DNA of 64,000 nt, from the NCBI RefSeq assembly GCF_018350175.1, contig NC_058375.1, positions 2,046,001 to 2,110,000 of the forward strand, in the 5' to 3' direction. Each line of letters starts with the position of its first letter. Within the stretch, counting starts at the first letter, position 1. Of the stretch, positions 51,987 to 64,000 are shown in pieces. This DNA comes from Felis catus (Eukaryota). The notes beneath the pieces were generated by a model. That model was not told the DNA's origin. It saw only the letters and a list, made by a program, of their open reading frames with translations, and ran no database searches. The translations under genes were made by a program, and so were the position numbers.

Positions 51987-54900
51987 CACCACGTGCTTGG
52001 AAAATCAGAATGCGGTCTCGAGGCCGCGTATTACACTGAATTACCCGATTGCCGTGTGTGTGCGTGTACGTGTGCTCCCACACGTACTGGCAGCACAAAA
52101 CAGTTGAATATCCACTTCCTGGTTGGACCTAACGGTGAAAAAGGTGGGTCCTTTTTCAATCACCCGCTGCTTAGAATCACCCACTGACACGTCGCGGGTG
52201 GAATGTCGTGTGTGTGGAACTCGTTGTAGCTGCCGCGGAGGCCGGGGGTAGGTTCACGGGCTGGTTGCACTGTGCTCTCTGTTTCTGTGTGCGTGTGGAA
52301 ATTTCTCTGATGAGGACTACAGGGGGACATGAGGGCGTGGCTGACACAGCCCCACTCCGAGCCCAGCTTCCAGCTCTGCTTCCTGCGGCCAGGGGCCTGT
52401 CCCCAGGTCGCTGTGCGGAGGGCATGGTGCTGCCCGCCAGCCCCAGGGCTCCCAGCCACGCTCCGCCCCGGCGGCCCCAGGCTCCAGGCCGGCCACGCTG
52501 CTTCCTTGGTTCCAATGTCATTGCCTAGGCGACCGGGACGCTGCCTCCACCGCCTGCCTGCCCAGCCACGAGCTGCTTTGGGCCTCCCAGCCGCCTCCGC
52601 CTCCGCACGGACCCCAACCCACCCTCGGGGCCCAGGCTCCGCCAAGGTAGGCTTGGGCTCAGCCTGGCTGCCTCTCTCAGGCCTGAGCGTGGGGTCCTGT
52701 CCTGGCCTCCCGGCCACACAGCAGCCACCTGCTGCGGGGGGGACAGAGCCCCCTCCCCGCTGCCTTCCACCCGGCACCCAGGAGTGGGGTGCCCTGGGGG
52801 CACGGAGGGCAGACAGGGAGGCCGTGTCCGTGGTTCCCCTGATGGGCAAGGAAGACCAACCCCTTCTGGTGGCACTTTGCAGAGCCCTCTGCCCCTGGGG
52901 GGCCCTGAGTGACCCAAAGGGCCCCGGGTGGGGGGGGGGCAGGCTGGGTGGGGGCAGAAGCGGCTTCCTTCCGGCTGCCTCCTCCCCTTGGCCTGCTGGG
53001 AACTCTCTCTCTCTCCACTTCCTGCCAATGAGGCACGGCCTGCCCAGGCCAGGCATCACCCTCCTTAGCTTCTTGTGTGGCTCAGTCGTGGTCGATAGGT
53101 GTGGCCATCCCCGCTGCACAGGCCAGAAAACAGAGGCCCCACACGTGCAGGCCGAAGGCACTGAACCTGTAGCTGGTCGCAGCGCGTGAACCGGCGTGAA
53201 CCGGCTTGGAAGGGGAGGCGGGACACGTGTCCTCATCCCCCTGCCCCTCTGTCGGCGCGGTCCGTTATGCCATGCGCTCCCAGCTCGTCTGGACCCCGCC
53301 AAGGCCTGATTCACCGACCGCCTGCCTCTGGGCTCGCCGGGCCCACGTGTGCCTGCCGGGATGACCTTCTCCTCGAACGTCCCGCTGCGTCCCCGCTAGA
53401 GCTGGGCCCTGAATCTTGCTGCCCGTAGTCCACAGGCTCAGGGCCCTTTGTGTGGCCTCCAGAGGGCCCCGTCCCTTTTCCGGCCCACCCTGCTATTCCT
53501 GCTGTCCCCGACCTAAAGGCTGCCAGGGCCTGTCCTTGGCCGAGCTCCACCCTGTCGGTGCCCATTCTCCCCGGGCCCCCAAGTTCAATGTCAGCTTGGG
53601 AGACCTGCAAACGACAACGGTCATCTGGGCCTTCGCGCACCCTTGTGCTGACGCTGGCCGTGATCCACACCCCTTCACGGCGCCCTTTACACTAGGGGGT
53701 AAAAGCTGGTTTATTTGTCTGTCCCCCAATAGAGGGGACCTCCTGGAGAGCAGGGCTGCCTGGTGGGGACGGGAGTGGGCTCGGACCCGGTCTGCGCTTC
53801 CCAGCTGTGTGGCCCAGGGCAGGTGACCTACCCTCTCTGTGCTTCTGTGAGAGCGTCTGGAGAGTAGGGGTGCAGCCTGCTTTCCTTCCTCCTGGGTGAT
53901 TGAGGTCGATAAATACAGAACACCCAGGCTGGAGCTGGGACTGGGCATCGTCGTCAGAAAGATAACCCCCAGGCTGAGGGCGGGGGGGTGGGCAGGGCAG
54001 AGCCCGTGGGACAGAGACAGCTCTGTGGAACGCTGATGGATGTTTCTAGAGCGAGTGAGGGATGGCTGGCCGGCTTGGGGGAAGTCACGTGGGATGTGCA
54101 GGGGACCTCAGAGCAGGGAGGAACATACTGTGGGAGTCGGACTGAGTGTCGGCAAAGTAGCTGGTGTCAGTGACTTTGTGGGTGGGGGAACCCCAGGCAG
54201 TTAGTGCGTTTCCAGGCCCAGAGCAGGCATCCAGAGCGCCGGAGGGTCTGCATGGGGGTTGGGGGACACACCTGAGGGGCATCTCCTTCTAGGAAAGTAG
54301 AGGTGTCTAGAGGAGGGTGGCTGGGAGGGATGATGGTTTGGGAACAACCATCCAGGGCACGGTTGAAGGAGCTCACGGGCTTGTCTGGGGAAGAGAAGAT
54401 TCCAGAGGACAGAGCAGGCGCCTCCAATGATGCCACGCTGGCCTGTGGAAGCGTGACCCCTCGGGGTAGAAACAGGGTCTGGGAGGGGAGGGTTGGAGGA
54501 GACAGAGAGGTCAGGGGTGCCTGGCAGCCCCACGGGTGAGAGGCAGTGTCTGGTCACCGGCACGGGGCTCCACGGCCACCCCCTCCTGGTGGTCCCCGAG
54601 GTGGAGGTGCACGGTCCCCCGTGCCGGTCACCTGTGCAGACAGGGAGCAGCTGCCACCTCAGTGTGCCGAGCGAACGCTCCCGGGCTCTGGGGATGCAGC
54701 AGTGACCGAGCCCCGGGGGAGCTGACATCTAGAGGAGGAAGCAGGGGGCCCGTCCAAGCCGCCGGGGCATTCCAAAGCTTCCTCCTGTGATGGGACACGG
54801 GTCTGTCTCAGCCTGCAGGCGCCTCATTCCTGGAGAGACCAGGATGCAGGGCGGGGGTTCTGCTAATGAGTCGGGGACGGGCCAGTGACCGTTGCTACCC

Positions 54901-57199
54901 CTGGGCCAGGGCCTGGCTTATGCCTCCACTGTCGCCTGCTCTGAGCGACCCCTGGCCGACTGCAACCCACGGCTGTTTCTCGAGCTCCCGGTGTGTCTGG
55001 ATCACCCTGCAGGCTTCTTCCCACACACTGCAGGAAACAGCGGCTCAGAATGGGCAATACACCTGTCCAGGGTCACACAGCTGCCAAACAGCAGAGGTGG
55101 GCTGGCTGGGCGTGGACGGAGGGGGAGACGGAGCAGGGGTGTGGGGCAGTGCCGAGCTGCAGAGCAGGAAATGACGGGACAGGAGCCGTGTGCCTCGGCA
55201 GGACCTGCAGGTGTTGGGGGGAAGGACTCCGGCAGATCTGCAGAGGGCAGGGGGGCCCTCGCCGCGGGTGGGGGCTTCGGGGTGCGGGGCAAAGAAAGGG
55301 CTGGGCAAGGGGCTTTCCAGGCAGGATACTTGGTGTGCAGGTGGGGTTGCAGGCTGAGGAGGGTCGGGCCAGGTTGAGGGCAGGGGTCATGAGCAAGGTT
55401 GCTAGAGCCAGACTGCTGGGTAGGGCTCTCGGCCCCAACTAGCTGTGTGCCCTTGGACGGGTGCCCTCACCTCTCTGTGCGTGTTCCCACATTGATAGTA
55501 AAATGAGCCGCAGATCTGCTGGTCTCACAGCACCCCCCCCCCCCCCCGCCTCGGGGATGCCGTGCTGGTTCGCGAGCCTTGGGTGTTTCCGGTTTAGTTC
55601 CTCTTCCAGGAGCTGGTCTGCGACAGCCCTTTCCCACGGGGCTGCTGGGGCATCGCCGATCAGCCGAGCCCTTCTCGCAGCCGAGGCCTGAACTCAGCCC
55701 CAGGAAGCTTGTGTTACCATTGTTTCCTTCTAGAAGTGCACAAAGCCCACGTGGTCAGAGGGCCTGTCTTACGTGGGTGCAAAGCCAACCCCTAGACTCA
55801 AAGCAAAACTTCTGGCAACCTGACTCACAGTTCTCTGGGCGGGCGCAGGTGCCAGGGGAAGGAGGCCGTGGGCCACAACGGAGGCTGGTGGCCGGGGTAA
55901 GACGCTGGCAGATGAGAAGGGGCAGGGCCGGGCGGGGGGGGCTCCTGGGGTGGCTCCAGAGTCTCCCCCCACCCCCTTCGAGCGGGCCCCAGCCCAGGAG
56001 GGAGAGAGGGCAGCTTAATCGGGTACCTCCAGCTGTTTTCATATTTCACAAGTGCACCCTGGCCCAGGGTGGGGAAGCTAAATTTGTCCCTCCTTCCCAG
56101 GGCTTGGTCTCCCCCCAGCGTGGGCAGAGGGGCGTCAGGGAGTGGTCTCCGGGGGACATGAGGCCCCTAGTCATGCCCCCCTCCCTGGGCCCCGCGGGAC
56201 CCCGTCTCTCCGGGGCGAGGATCTGGCCGGCCCTGTCCTGACCCAGCCTACCCTACCCTGCGTGGCAAGGTCAGCCCAGCTCTCCTGTGGCCACGTGGCC
56301 CGGGCCACAGGCAGGGGAGGGGGGCGAAGGTGGCTGCTGCCACCGCCCCCGGCTCCCTGAGGAGGGAGGCACTCCAGCCGGGTCCTCCAGCCAGGCCGCC
56401 CCCCACGAGGCCAGGGCCACCCTTGTTGCAGTGGGCGGCAGGAGCAACAGAGGCCTCTTGGCCCCAACCGCCCTGAATGCCCCGAGCGTCCTGCTGGAAT
56501 TCGGCGGGGCCGCCACCCAGGGAAGGGCGCCATTTCCCAGAGGGGTGGCCTGCCCGCTCCGTCCTCCCCTGACAGCTGCCTGAGCCCTCCACCCAGGTAG
56601 GGGGACTTCTGGGTGCCAGAACGTTCTCAGTGCCCTTGAATTGGGGCCACAGGGGTGACTAGAAGGGGTCCAGCCCAGGATGGCCCGGGTCCCCTCCTGC
56701 GATGGTCAGTCTGCTGCGTCAGTGTTTACTGGTGGGGGAAGGGGCCTCGTCACGGCCGTTGTGACAGAGCGGAGGAGACGAGTGTTTGTGAGTGGGGGTC
56801 AGGATGGAGCTCTTGGGCCTCGTTTCTTAGAACTGAAGGAAGTTGCCCCTCCTGGTGTGTGGGCACCCAGATGGCTGGGGTTGGGGGGGTGCGGGCCCCG
56901 TGTCGGCCCTGTCTCGGGGCTCTATAGGCGGCTGGGACTGCCGTTCCCACGCGTGGGATGCCTCTGTTTGCGGGGGCCTCGCAGGGGCCCCAGTTTTTCA
57001 GATGTGGCGTTGGAGCCTGGGGCAGGCAGCGGGGACAGGCAAGCAACCCTCCCTGACTAGCAAGGCTGTCCTGTGGCCACATAGCCGAGGGGTGCTCCCC
57101 ACCTGCCAGTGACGGGGCAGAATGAGGGGCATCCTGGCTAGGAGTCAGGGAGGACAGATGCTTCCTAAGGAGGCTGGGGTCTGGCCTGGCCTAGGAGGA

Positions 57200-57470
57200 T
57201 ACAGGTGGGGTGGGGGCCACGTGGGGACAGGATGGGGTCATAGATGGGCCACATGCAGATAGGGTGGGGGCCATAGAGGGGACCCGTGGGGACGGGGGGG
57301 GCCGTGGAGGAGACACGTGGGGACGGGGTGGGGGCCGTGGAGGGGACATGTGGGGACAGGTAGGGACAGAGAGGGGACAGGGTAGAGGTCAGGGAGGGGA
57401 CACAGGGGACAAGGCAGGGGGCATGGAGGGGACAGGGTAGCAGGCAGGGAGGGGACGCGTGGGGACTGGC
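57200..57470 (+). repeat. G-rich low-complexity (GTGGGGAC-like) repeat in TP73 intron 1
   Basis: Recurrent cgtggggac / ggggacag units. Confidence 0.65.
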
Positions 57471-58689
57471 TGTGACAGGTGGTGTGAATGCCCAGAGGCC
57501 CTGTCCAGGGCGTGGCCAGCAGCACCTAGAAGCAGTGGTGTGGCCCGTGTCTCCCCTGCGCGCTGACCTCTGGGCCTGTGGGTTCTCCGCTGTGAGGGGC
57601 TGCGTGTTCTGTGCGATGTTGGGGAGCACCCCTGCCCCCGCTCCCAGAAGTGACTAAAAATGAAAATATCAGTAGATGCCAGGTCTCCCTGGTGAGAAAA
57701 CCCGTGAGTCACATCGAGAGGCTGAAAGCAGGGAGGGTGGCGCCCCCGCTCGAGTGAGCTGGGGTTGAGGGCCCACCCCGCACGCCCTGTACCCAAAACC
57801 TGGATCCACCCACGTGGCCCCTGGATCCTCGAGGGCGCGGGCATTTCCGTCCAGGGCGGCTGGCTCCGTGCGAGACGCTCGTCGACACTTTACAACTCCG
57901 TTACCGCCCGAGAGCGTTTCTCACACCCCCCCATACACATGTGGTTTTTAAGATGATTTGCAGCGTTTGCGAAAGCAATTTCCATTAGGTCCGAGAGCCC
58001 GTTTCTGTGGTGGACGTGGTCCCAAATTTAAGGCTTGGGCCTTCGGGGGTCACCGGGGACCCTTTGCAGGGAGAGGTTTTGGCGTCGATTTCTTTCTCTC
58101 ACCTCTGCTGTCCGTGGCCGAAATGCTGCCGTGGGGATAGGGAAGACCATGCCCCTGCCCCTGCCCCTGCCCCTGTCCCTGTCCCGTGGAGAGAGGAGCG
58201 GGGCCCACGGGGTCCTGGGAGGCCCCCCGGGGAGGGGCCTGCGTCTCTGCAGCCCCGATCCTCGCCCGACATCACCATATCCTCACACCCTGGCAGGCGC
58301 CCCGGCACCGACAGGGACCGGTCTGCAGCTCCGTGGGCTCATGGTCCAGGGGGCCTGGGGTTAGGGCCACCAGCTCTGGGGAGTTTCCCAGGGAAATTGG
58401 AAATCGCGGAGCACCGTGGCTTCCTGGCTCCAGCCCCATGCGTCCGCTGAGCAGGGCAGGTCAGGCTTCCGGACCTTCCTTTTGCCGGTGAAACACCTGA
58501 GCGGAAGTCACCGGGGGAGGCCAGTGGCCGTCGTCGGGGCGGACGCTGAAGGGCCCTCGGGACTGGGTGAGCAGGGCCTGGGGGATGCTCTCCCCGCCAG
58601 GGTCTGTCTCAGAGGCGTGGTGAACCCCGGGAGCTAAAAATGCAGGGTTCTGAGCCCCCTCCGCGGGAGCCCCTTGGAGAAGGCTCGGT

Positions 58690-58930
58690 CTGTGTGTCTG
58701 TCTGCCATGGACACGCGGTGGGCGGAGTCCCACGACGCGTGGTCCTTGGCGTCCGCCTCTCTCACTCACCACGACGTTCTCAAGGCCCGTGGCCGCTGCA
58801 GCGGGTGTCCACGCTTCCTTGTGCGGAATAACACCGCGCTGTGTGGACGGACCGTGTCTATCCATTCATCTGTCCTGCACACTCGAGCCGCTGGCATCTT
58901 TTGGCTCCTGGGGTCAGTGCGGCCGTGAAG
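58690..58930 (-). mobile_element. Old L1M 3'-region fragment
   Basis: tgtctatccattcatctgt and related motifs; the minus-frame peptide DEWIDTV resembles L1 DEWIKKM. Confidence 0.55.
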
Positions 58931-60773
58931 GGGGGCCTGCAAGGTCTTCCTGACCGTTTGCTGGGTGCCGTCAGCCAAACGGTTTCCATCTCTGGGCTTG
59001 GACGGTCCGTCTGCAAAACGAACAGAGTGGGTGAGTCGAGCCTCGTGTCGGCACACACTACCCACACCGAGAGGCCGCTCCGGCCGGTCCCCGCTCCCCC
59101 GTGGGGAGCGGGTGAGGCGGGTTTCTGCCCAGCCTCGGCTGGGCGGCCGGCTCCGCAGCCAGGCAGCTGGCGCTGTTCTGCCTCCTACCAAACCCGCCCC
59201 ATCCCGACCTCACCTCCGCTGGGCTTTGGACAGCTCAGCTCAGGGTGGGAGTGACCTCCCCAGAATAGGAGGCATGCAAGTCAGCACTCCCCAGCCTTGC
59301 TAAACCCCTTGTGGGGAGAGCGTGCGCCGGAGGCGTGCGTGCGGTCAGGGGTGACTAACTTAATCTTGAACTCTGAGGGGACCACTCCGTCGTCCTTGTG
59401 CGTAGGGCTGTGCTGTACGACCTCAGCAGCTCACTGAATTTCTCTGAGCCCGTGGGAGAGTTGGTTTGGGGCCCGTGCTTTCTAAGCTGCCTGCCCCGGG
59501 CCATCCTGTTTGGCCGGGCTTCGCCCGGGGGCCTCCTTTCGCCAGGGCCCGGCCCCCGAGGCGGCCCCGCTGGCTCGTGCCACTGCGCCAGAGACCAGCG
59601 GCCCGGCACGTGGCGGTCCCGGGAGGGGGCCACAGACCTCCACCAGCGCCCGCCTACCTGGGGACATGGTGACAGATTGCGGGTGTGCCCTCCCTCCCCC
59701 AAAGGCTCTGGGCAGGTCTGGGCCTGCCCGCTTGGTCACTGCCAGGCAGACGGTGGCCAGGCTGATTCTCACGGCCCTCTGCCAAGGACCCGGAGGCAGG
59801 CCCGGGGAGGCACCACCGTGGCCCGGGTGGGGCGGCGGGCAGGGTGGCCTCTGGTGTCCCTGCCCCTCCCCGCAGGGGGACAGAGGACGGGGGCCCCAGC
59901 TGTGCCGGGCCTGGGCAAGGCCATGGCGGGGTGGGGGCTGGATGTGGACGCTCTCAGGAGAGGAAGCTCTGGGGACAAAGGCCGGTGTGGCCGGGCATCT
60001 CCTGTGACAGAAGAGCACCATGCAGCGGTCCTGCTGCTGTGACAGCTTCACAGCCATGGCCTTGGGCTGCCTCGTGGGGTCCGAGTTGCTTTTGTGTCCA
60101 GCCGGGGGGGGGGGGGGTGCGGGGAGGACCCTGTCTCAGAGGCGGACGGCTGTCTCAATGTGCTGCAGCCTTGGGGCACAGCAGGACTCAAGCCCGGGGC
60201 TCTGCTCCAGCCTCTGGGCGTGCCCGGCACATGCCCTTCCCGAGAGGGAGTGGCCTGGGATCTGAGCCGTCCTCGTGTCCCGGGGCATCGGGATCCCCCA
60301 AACCCGGCTTGAGCCCCGAAGGCCAAACCCGGAGACACAGCTCAGAGCAATGGTGACCACACCCGTCGGGGCCTTATTGCGGTCCGGGCACAGCCCACTG
60401 TATGCAGCACCTGTCTGTTCCCCAGCTCCCACGGGGCCCTGCGGCAGCCTCCCGAGAGGGTGCCGTGGTCACCCCCACCCCGTAGGTGGCAGCTCTGAGA
60501 AGCCCCTGCCGTGCCAGGCACCGCCCGGCCCCCCAACCTGGGTCTGGAGTCAGGCCCGCCCGTCTGCAAGGCCGGACCCGGGCCCGGAAAGCGGAGGACG
60601 GACGGGGGGGTGCGAAGGGGTGCCCTGCCTTCGGCGGCGTCTGCATCGGTGTCACGGGCCCTGCCCAGACCCCACGGATGCTGAAGGAGGGCGGGGGCCG
60701 GCCTTCCCAAGCACCCACTGTCCTTCTTCCCTCCTCGCAGAGCCAGCTGCCCTCCGGGCCGGGTGCGGGGAAG

Positions 60774-60835
60774 ATGTCCCAGCCCACTGCCGCCGCCGAT
60801 GAGGGGGCCACGTTCGAGCACCTGTGGAGATCCCT
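60774..60835 (+). CDS. TP73: TP73 (TAp73) exon 2 coding part (exon 60741-60835)
   Basis: Acceptor ctcctcgcag|agccagctgccc; aagATG; MSQPTAAADEGATFEHLWRS(L) with the p53-family FxxLWxxL transactivation motif; donor gtgagt. Confidence 0.95.
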
Positions 60836-61162
60836 GTGAGTACCTCCTCCGGCCGCCCAGGGCCGGACTCGGGCAGGGCGAGGCTCGGGGGGCTTTCTCC
60901 TGGGGGTGCGGCGTCCAAAGTCTGGGCTCTTTCCTCCAGCCAGCACTCCTGGGCCAGGGGGGTCCAGGGGACAGAGCTCACGTGTGGCCACACACCCCAG
61001 GCACAGACACTAGCCCTGGTGAGGCCGGCAGAGGAGAGAGGGGGAGCAGAGGAGACAGGCGATGGGGTGAAGGGCTCCTGCGGGCAGGACGGGTGTAGGC
61101 CTAGCGCACGAGCTCGGGGCCTGGGTGCCCCGGGGCTGACGGCTCTGTTTCCCTCTTCCCAG

Positions 61163-61283
61163 GGAACCAGACAGCACCTACTTTGACCTTCCCCAGCCAA
61201 GCCAGGGAAATAACGCGGTGGTGAGCGGCTCAGGGGCCAGCATGGATGTCTTACACTTACAGGGCATGACCGCGCCCGTCATG
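61163..61283 (+). CDS. TP73: TP73 exon 3 (gene continues beyond window)
   Basis: cag|(L)EPDSTYFDLPQPSQGNNAVVSGSGASMDVLHLQGMTAPVM|gtgagt; 121 nt, phase compatible with exon 2. Confidence 0.95.
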
Positions 61284-64000
61284 GTGAGTGGGGCGGCTGT
61301 CTGCGGGGGGTCTCAGGACGGGGGCGGTAAGTGTGGACTGTTCTGTCTTGGGAGCTTGCAGAACCGGGACACTGGTGCTCAGGAGTACAGCTTCCTCGGT
61401 AGGCTCGTGAGGACATTTCAGTTTCAAAATAGAAAACGTATCAGCTCATGAGACTGTTAATCCACGGGCAGGAACGGATTCAGGCATGGCTGGATCCAGG
61501 CGTAGGAATGGCTGGATTTAGGTGGTGCAACAGCCTCTGCGTCTCCTGCCCTGCTCTCTCCATGATGGTGCCAGGCTCCAGCAGCACCTCCACCCCCTCT
61601 CTGCCACTGAGGCCCGGACACCCTGCTGCGGTGTCTCGGGTCCTACCGCTCTTGCGTTCCTCTTGGCAAGAAGGCAGGGCTGTGCTAACTGGGTGGTGGC
61701 CGCGTCCCTTCTTCTTTCTCTGGCCACCCGCTGCAAGGCACTGGTGCACCAGAAGGAGGTTGCAGAATGCAAGAAGGGGGTGTGAGGACCCCTGGCCCCC
61801 GGGGAGATCTAGTGACGCCTGCTGTCCCCACCACATGCCTGGTGGTTGCCGGCCCCCCCCAGGTTGCTACATACCCCCAGACGGCAGCGGTGCTGGTCCC
61901 TGGCCTCTCTGCGGCCAAGTGCCTGTCTCAGGGCACCAGCACCAGGCCGAGAGCCTGGGCCCAGGAAGGAGGCGGTGCTGGGAGCTCTAGAGGCCAGGAG
62001 GACCTGGCCCCCATTCCCTAAAGCCCCTGTCCAGAAGTTGGAGCCCCTCACCCCAACACACACCCGTCTGAGGCACCTTGAGCATCCGGCAGATAGCGAG
62101 GGCCGTGTGGGCTCCAGTGAGCGTGTGAACGAGCCACGGCGAGGCTGGGGTGGGGACATGGGGCAGGAGGGTCCCCTGAGTCCTCTGTCGTGTCCGTCGA
62201 AGCCACTGGGCTGGCCACTGGCCCACATGCGACTTGGGCCGTTGCAGCCGGGGGGTCGGGGTACGGCAGGCAGGGGGCCCCCGTGACATCCATTCCCTTG
62301 AGGAACCTTTCACGCTGGATCTGAGAAAGCTGACTGTCCGGCCCGGCCTCCTGCTCGGGGACACCATCACAGTGAAGGCAGCCCGCCTGCCTTCCACACC
62401 TGTTTGTTCCCATTTTACAGGCGGGGAAACTGAGGCAGGTGCTGGCAAAGGGTGGGTCTCGATGGGCTGGGGCAGAGTCATCCTGGACCAGGACGCAAAA
62501 ACGCGAGCTCTGTCCTGTCCCCCCAGAACCTTCCCTGTTCTACCAGCTGCTCCCCAGGGGCCAAGGGTCCTGACCCCTCGCCTCCCAGGACCCCCTCCTG
62601 GACCTCAGTGTCCTCCCCAGCATCTCAGTAGGGCTGCCGTCGGCTGGCTGCGTCTGGGGCACTCACCTGGGGGAGGCCCGCAGGCATCTCCCCACGAGCC
62701 GGTGCTGTGGCTGGACCAGCCCTTCTTTGTTTGACAACAGCAGGACCCATGTCATTGCTCTCAGGGCTGGAGGGTTCGAGGCGGGCCCGGGCCACGCAGC
62801 CAGGTGGCAGGTAGAGAGAGAAAGAGACAGTGCAGACTGGAGGTTCTGCCTTTATGGGGGTGGGGGTGCGGGCCTGGGTTTCGTGGGCTCACTCTTTACT
62901 GGTGAATTTAAAATACAAAGGCAGATTTAAAGCTCAGGAAGGGGAAAGCAGGGTCACTCGATGGTCAGTTTCTAGATCACTCAGGGCTTTCTCAAAGGGG
63001 AGCTGCGTCGCAGGGGTGGCCTGGCCCTTCCTCGAGCTGGGCGGCTGGCCGCACGTTTATTCCAGGTGGCTGTCTGCTGAGTGGCCGCCTCGAGATCAAA
63101 AGCAGAACGTCAGGTACTTCTGTCACAATAAAAAAAGCTGACTGCCGGTGCTGGCTATGTCCACTGTGTGGAGGGGCAGGGGCTCTAGGGACAGAGGACC
63201 CTTGAAGAGTGTCCTAAGGGGTCTGTCTCCTGAGTTTGGGAAGCGGCCCGGCCTTGCCCTCGAGGGCAGAGGAGCCTGGAGACCCCAGCAGCGTCAGGAG
63301 CGGGGGTAGGGGTGGGGTCTGCTCCCCAACGGGGAGAGGCAGCAGCTCTGGGTTCCTGAGGGGTGGGGCGCGCTCCCCCCAGTCCCCCCAGGAGCATGCC
63401 AGGTGCTGAGCACGTCTGGGCTGGGAATGGAGGGCATATGCCTCCCACCAGCCGCGGGGGAGAGAGAGAGTGGCCTCCCACCCCTGCAAAGGGCACCCCT
63501 GAACCAGCCAGGGAGGGACACACCTCTTAGTAAAAGTCACGCAGAAACACCTGTGTGCAAAACTCTGGCCACAGAGGCCGGGACTCCCTGACCACCGGGT
63601 CAGCCTCGGCCTCGTCCTGAGCCCTGCCTGGACCAGTGGGAACGGCGACTGGTCTGGGGCGGGCGCCATGCAGAGAGCTTGCCTTAGCCCCCCTTCACCC
63701 TCTCGTGGCCGACGCAGCCGGATGCACAGACGGAGGCAGCCCGGCAGCCAGGGCAGAGCCGGGTGCCTGGCCGCCTCGCCGAAGGGCCCCCCCGCTCCCC
63801 GCCCCGTGTGGCCAGGGCCCTGGAGCAGGTGCAGGAGGGAGCCCCCGGAGGACGCTCCACAGCGGCGGTGTGGCGCGGCTCTCTCCCCACCCAGCCGCTC
63901 AACGGGAGGCGGGGTAGCCCCAGCCTGGTGACCTTAGACAAGAGGCTTCCCAGGCCGGGCCTTGGAACCAGTGACCCCGGCTGGCCAGCGCTGCAGTTGT

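Noticed and set aside
52160-53314. 384-aa ORF on - (and overlapping 286-aa ORF on +) in TP73 intron 1
   Set aside because: Low-complexity GC-driven composition, open on both strands, no domain or splice support.
59700-60740. ZEB E-box silencer cluster described upstream of human TP73 exon 2
   Set aside because: I noticed only one CACCTG (60408-60413) in this interval, too little to call a cluster.
61284-64000. DeltaNp73 P2 promoter / exon 3'
   Set aside because: No MLYV-type exon recognised; expected further into intron 3, beyond the window.

Overview
This is vertebrate, not prokaryotic, DNA: a GC-rich carnivore region, very likely felid judging by the SINEC_Fc-type CanSINEs and cat-type L1. 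It is syntenic with human 1p36.32. It contains: (i) complete TPRG1L (+, 5 coding exons, 816-nt CDS, 271 aa); (ii) complete WRAP73/WDR8 (-, 12 coding exons, 1383-nt CDS, 460 aa), converging tail-to-tail on TPRG1L; (iii) the 5' part of TP73 (+; TA promoter, non-coding exon 1, coding exons 2-3), head-to-head with WRAP73 across a CpG-rich interval. The rest is repeat: one full-length but decayed LINE-1 in WRAP73 intron 8, about 20 CanSINEs, old L1 fragments, MLT1/MER21/ERV LTR remnants, a MER53-like MITE, simple repeats and six N-gaps. Most ORFs in the track are GC-rich noise. I see no new multi-gene system. The best leads are: an exon-1 uATG of TP73 that is out of frame in the full transcript but in frame if exon 2 is skipped; an L1 inserted about 16 nt from a WRAP73 splice donor, with a possible cryptic acceptor; a probable short L1 3' transduction; and a palindromic MITE inside the WRAP73-TP73 divergent promoter region. 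Comparisons with human sequences and repeat consensus sequences are from memory, not from searches.
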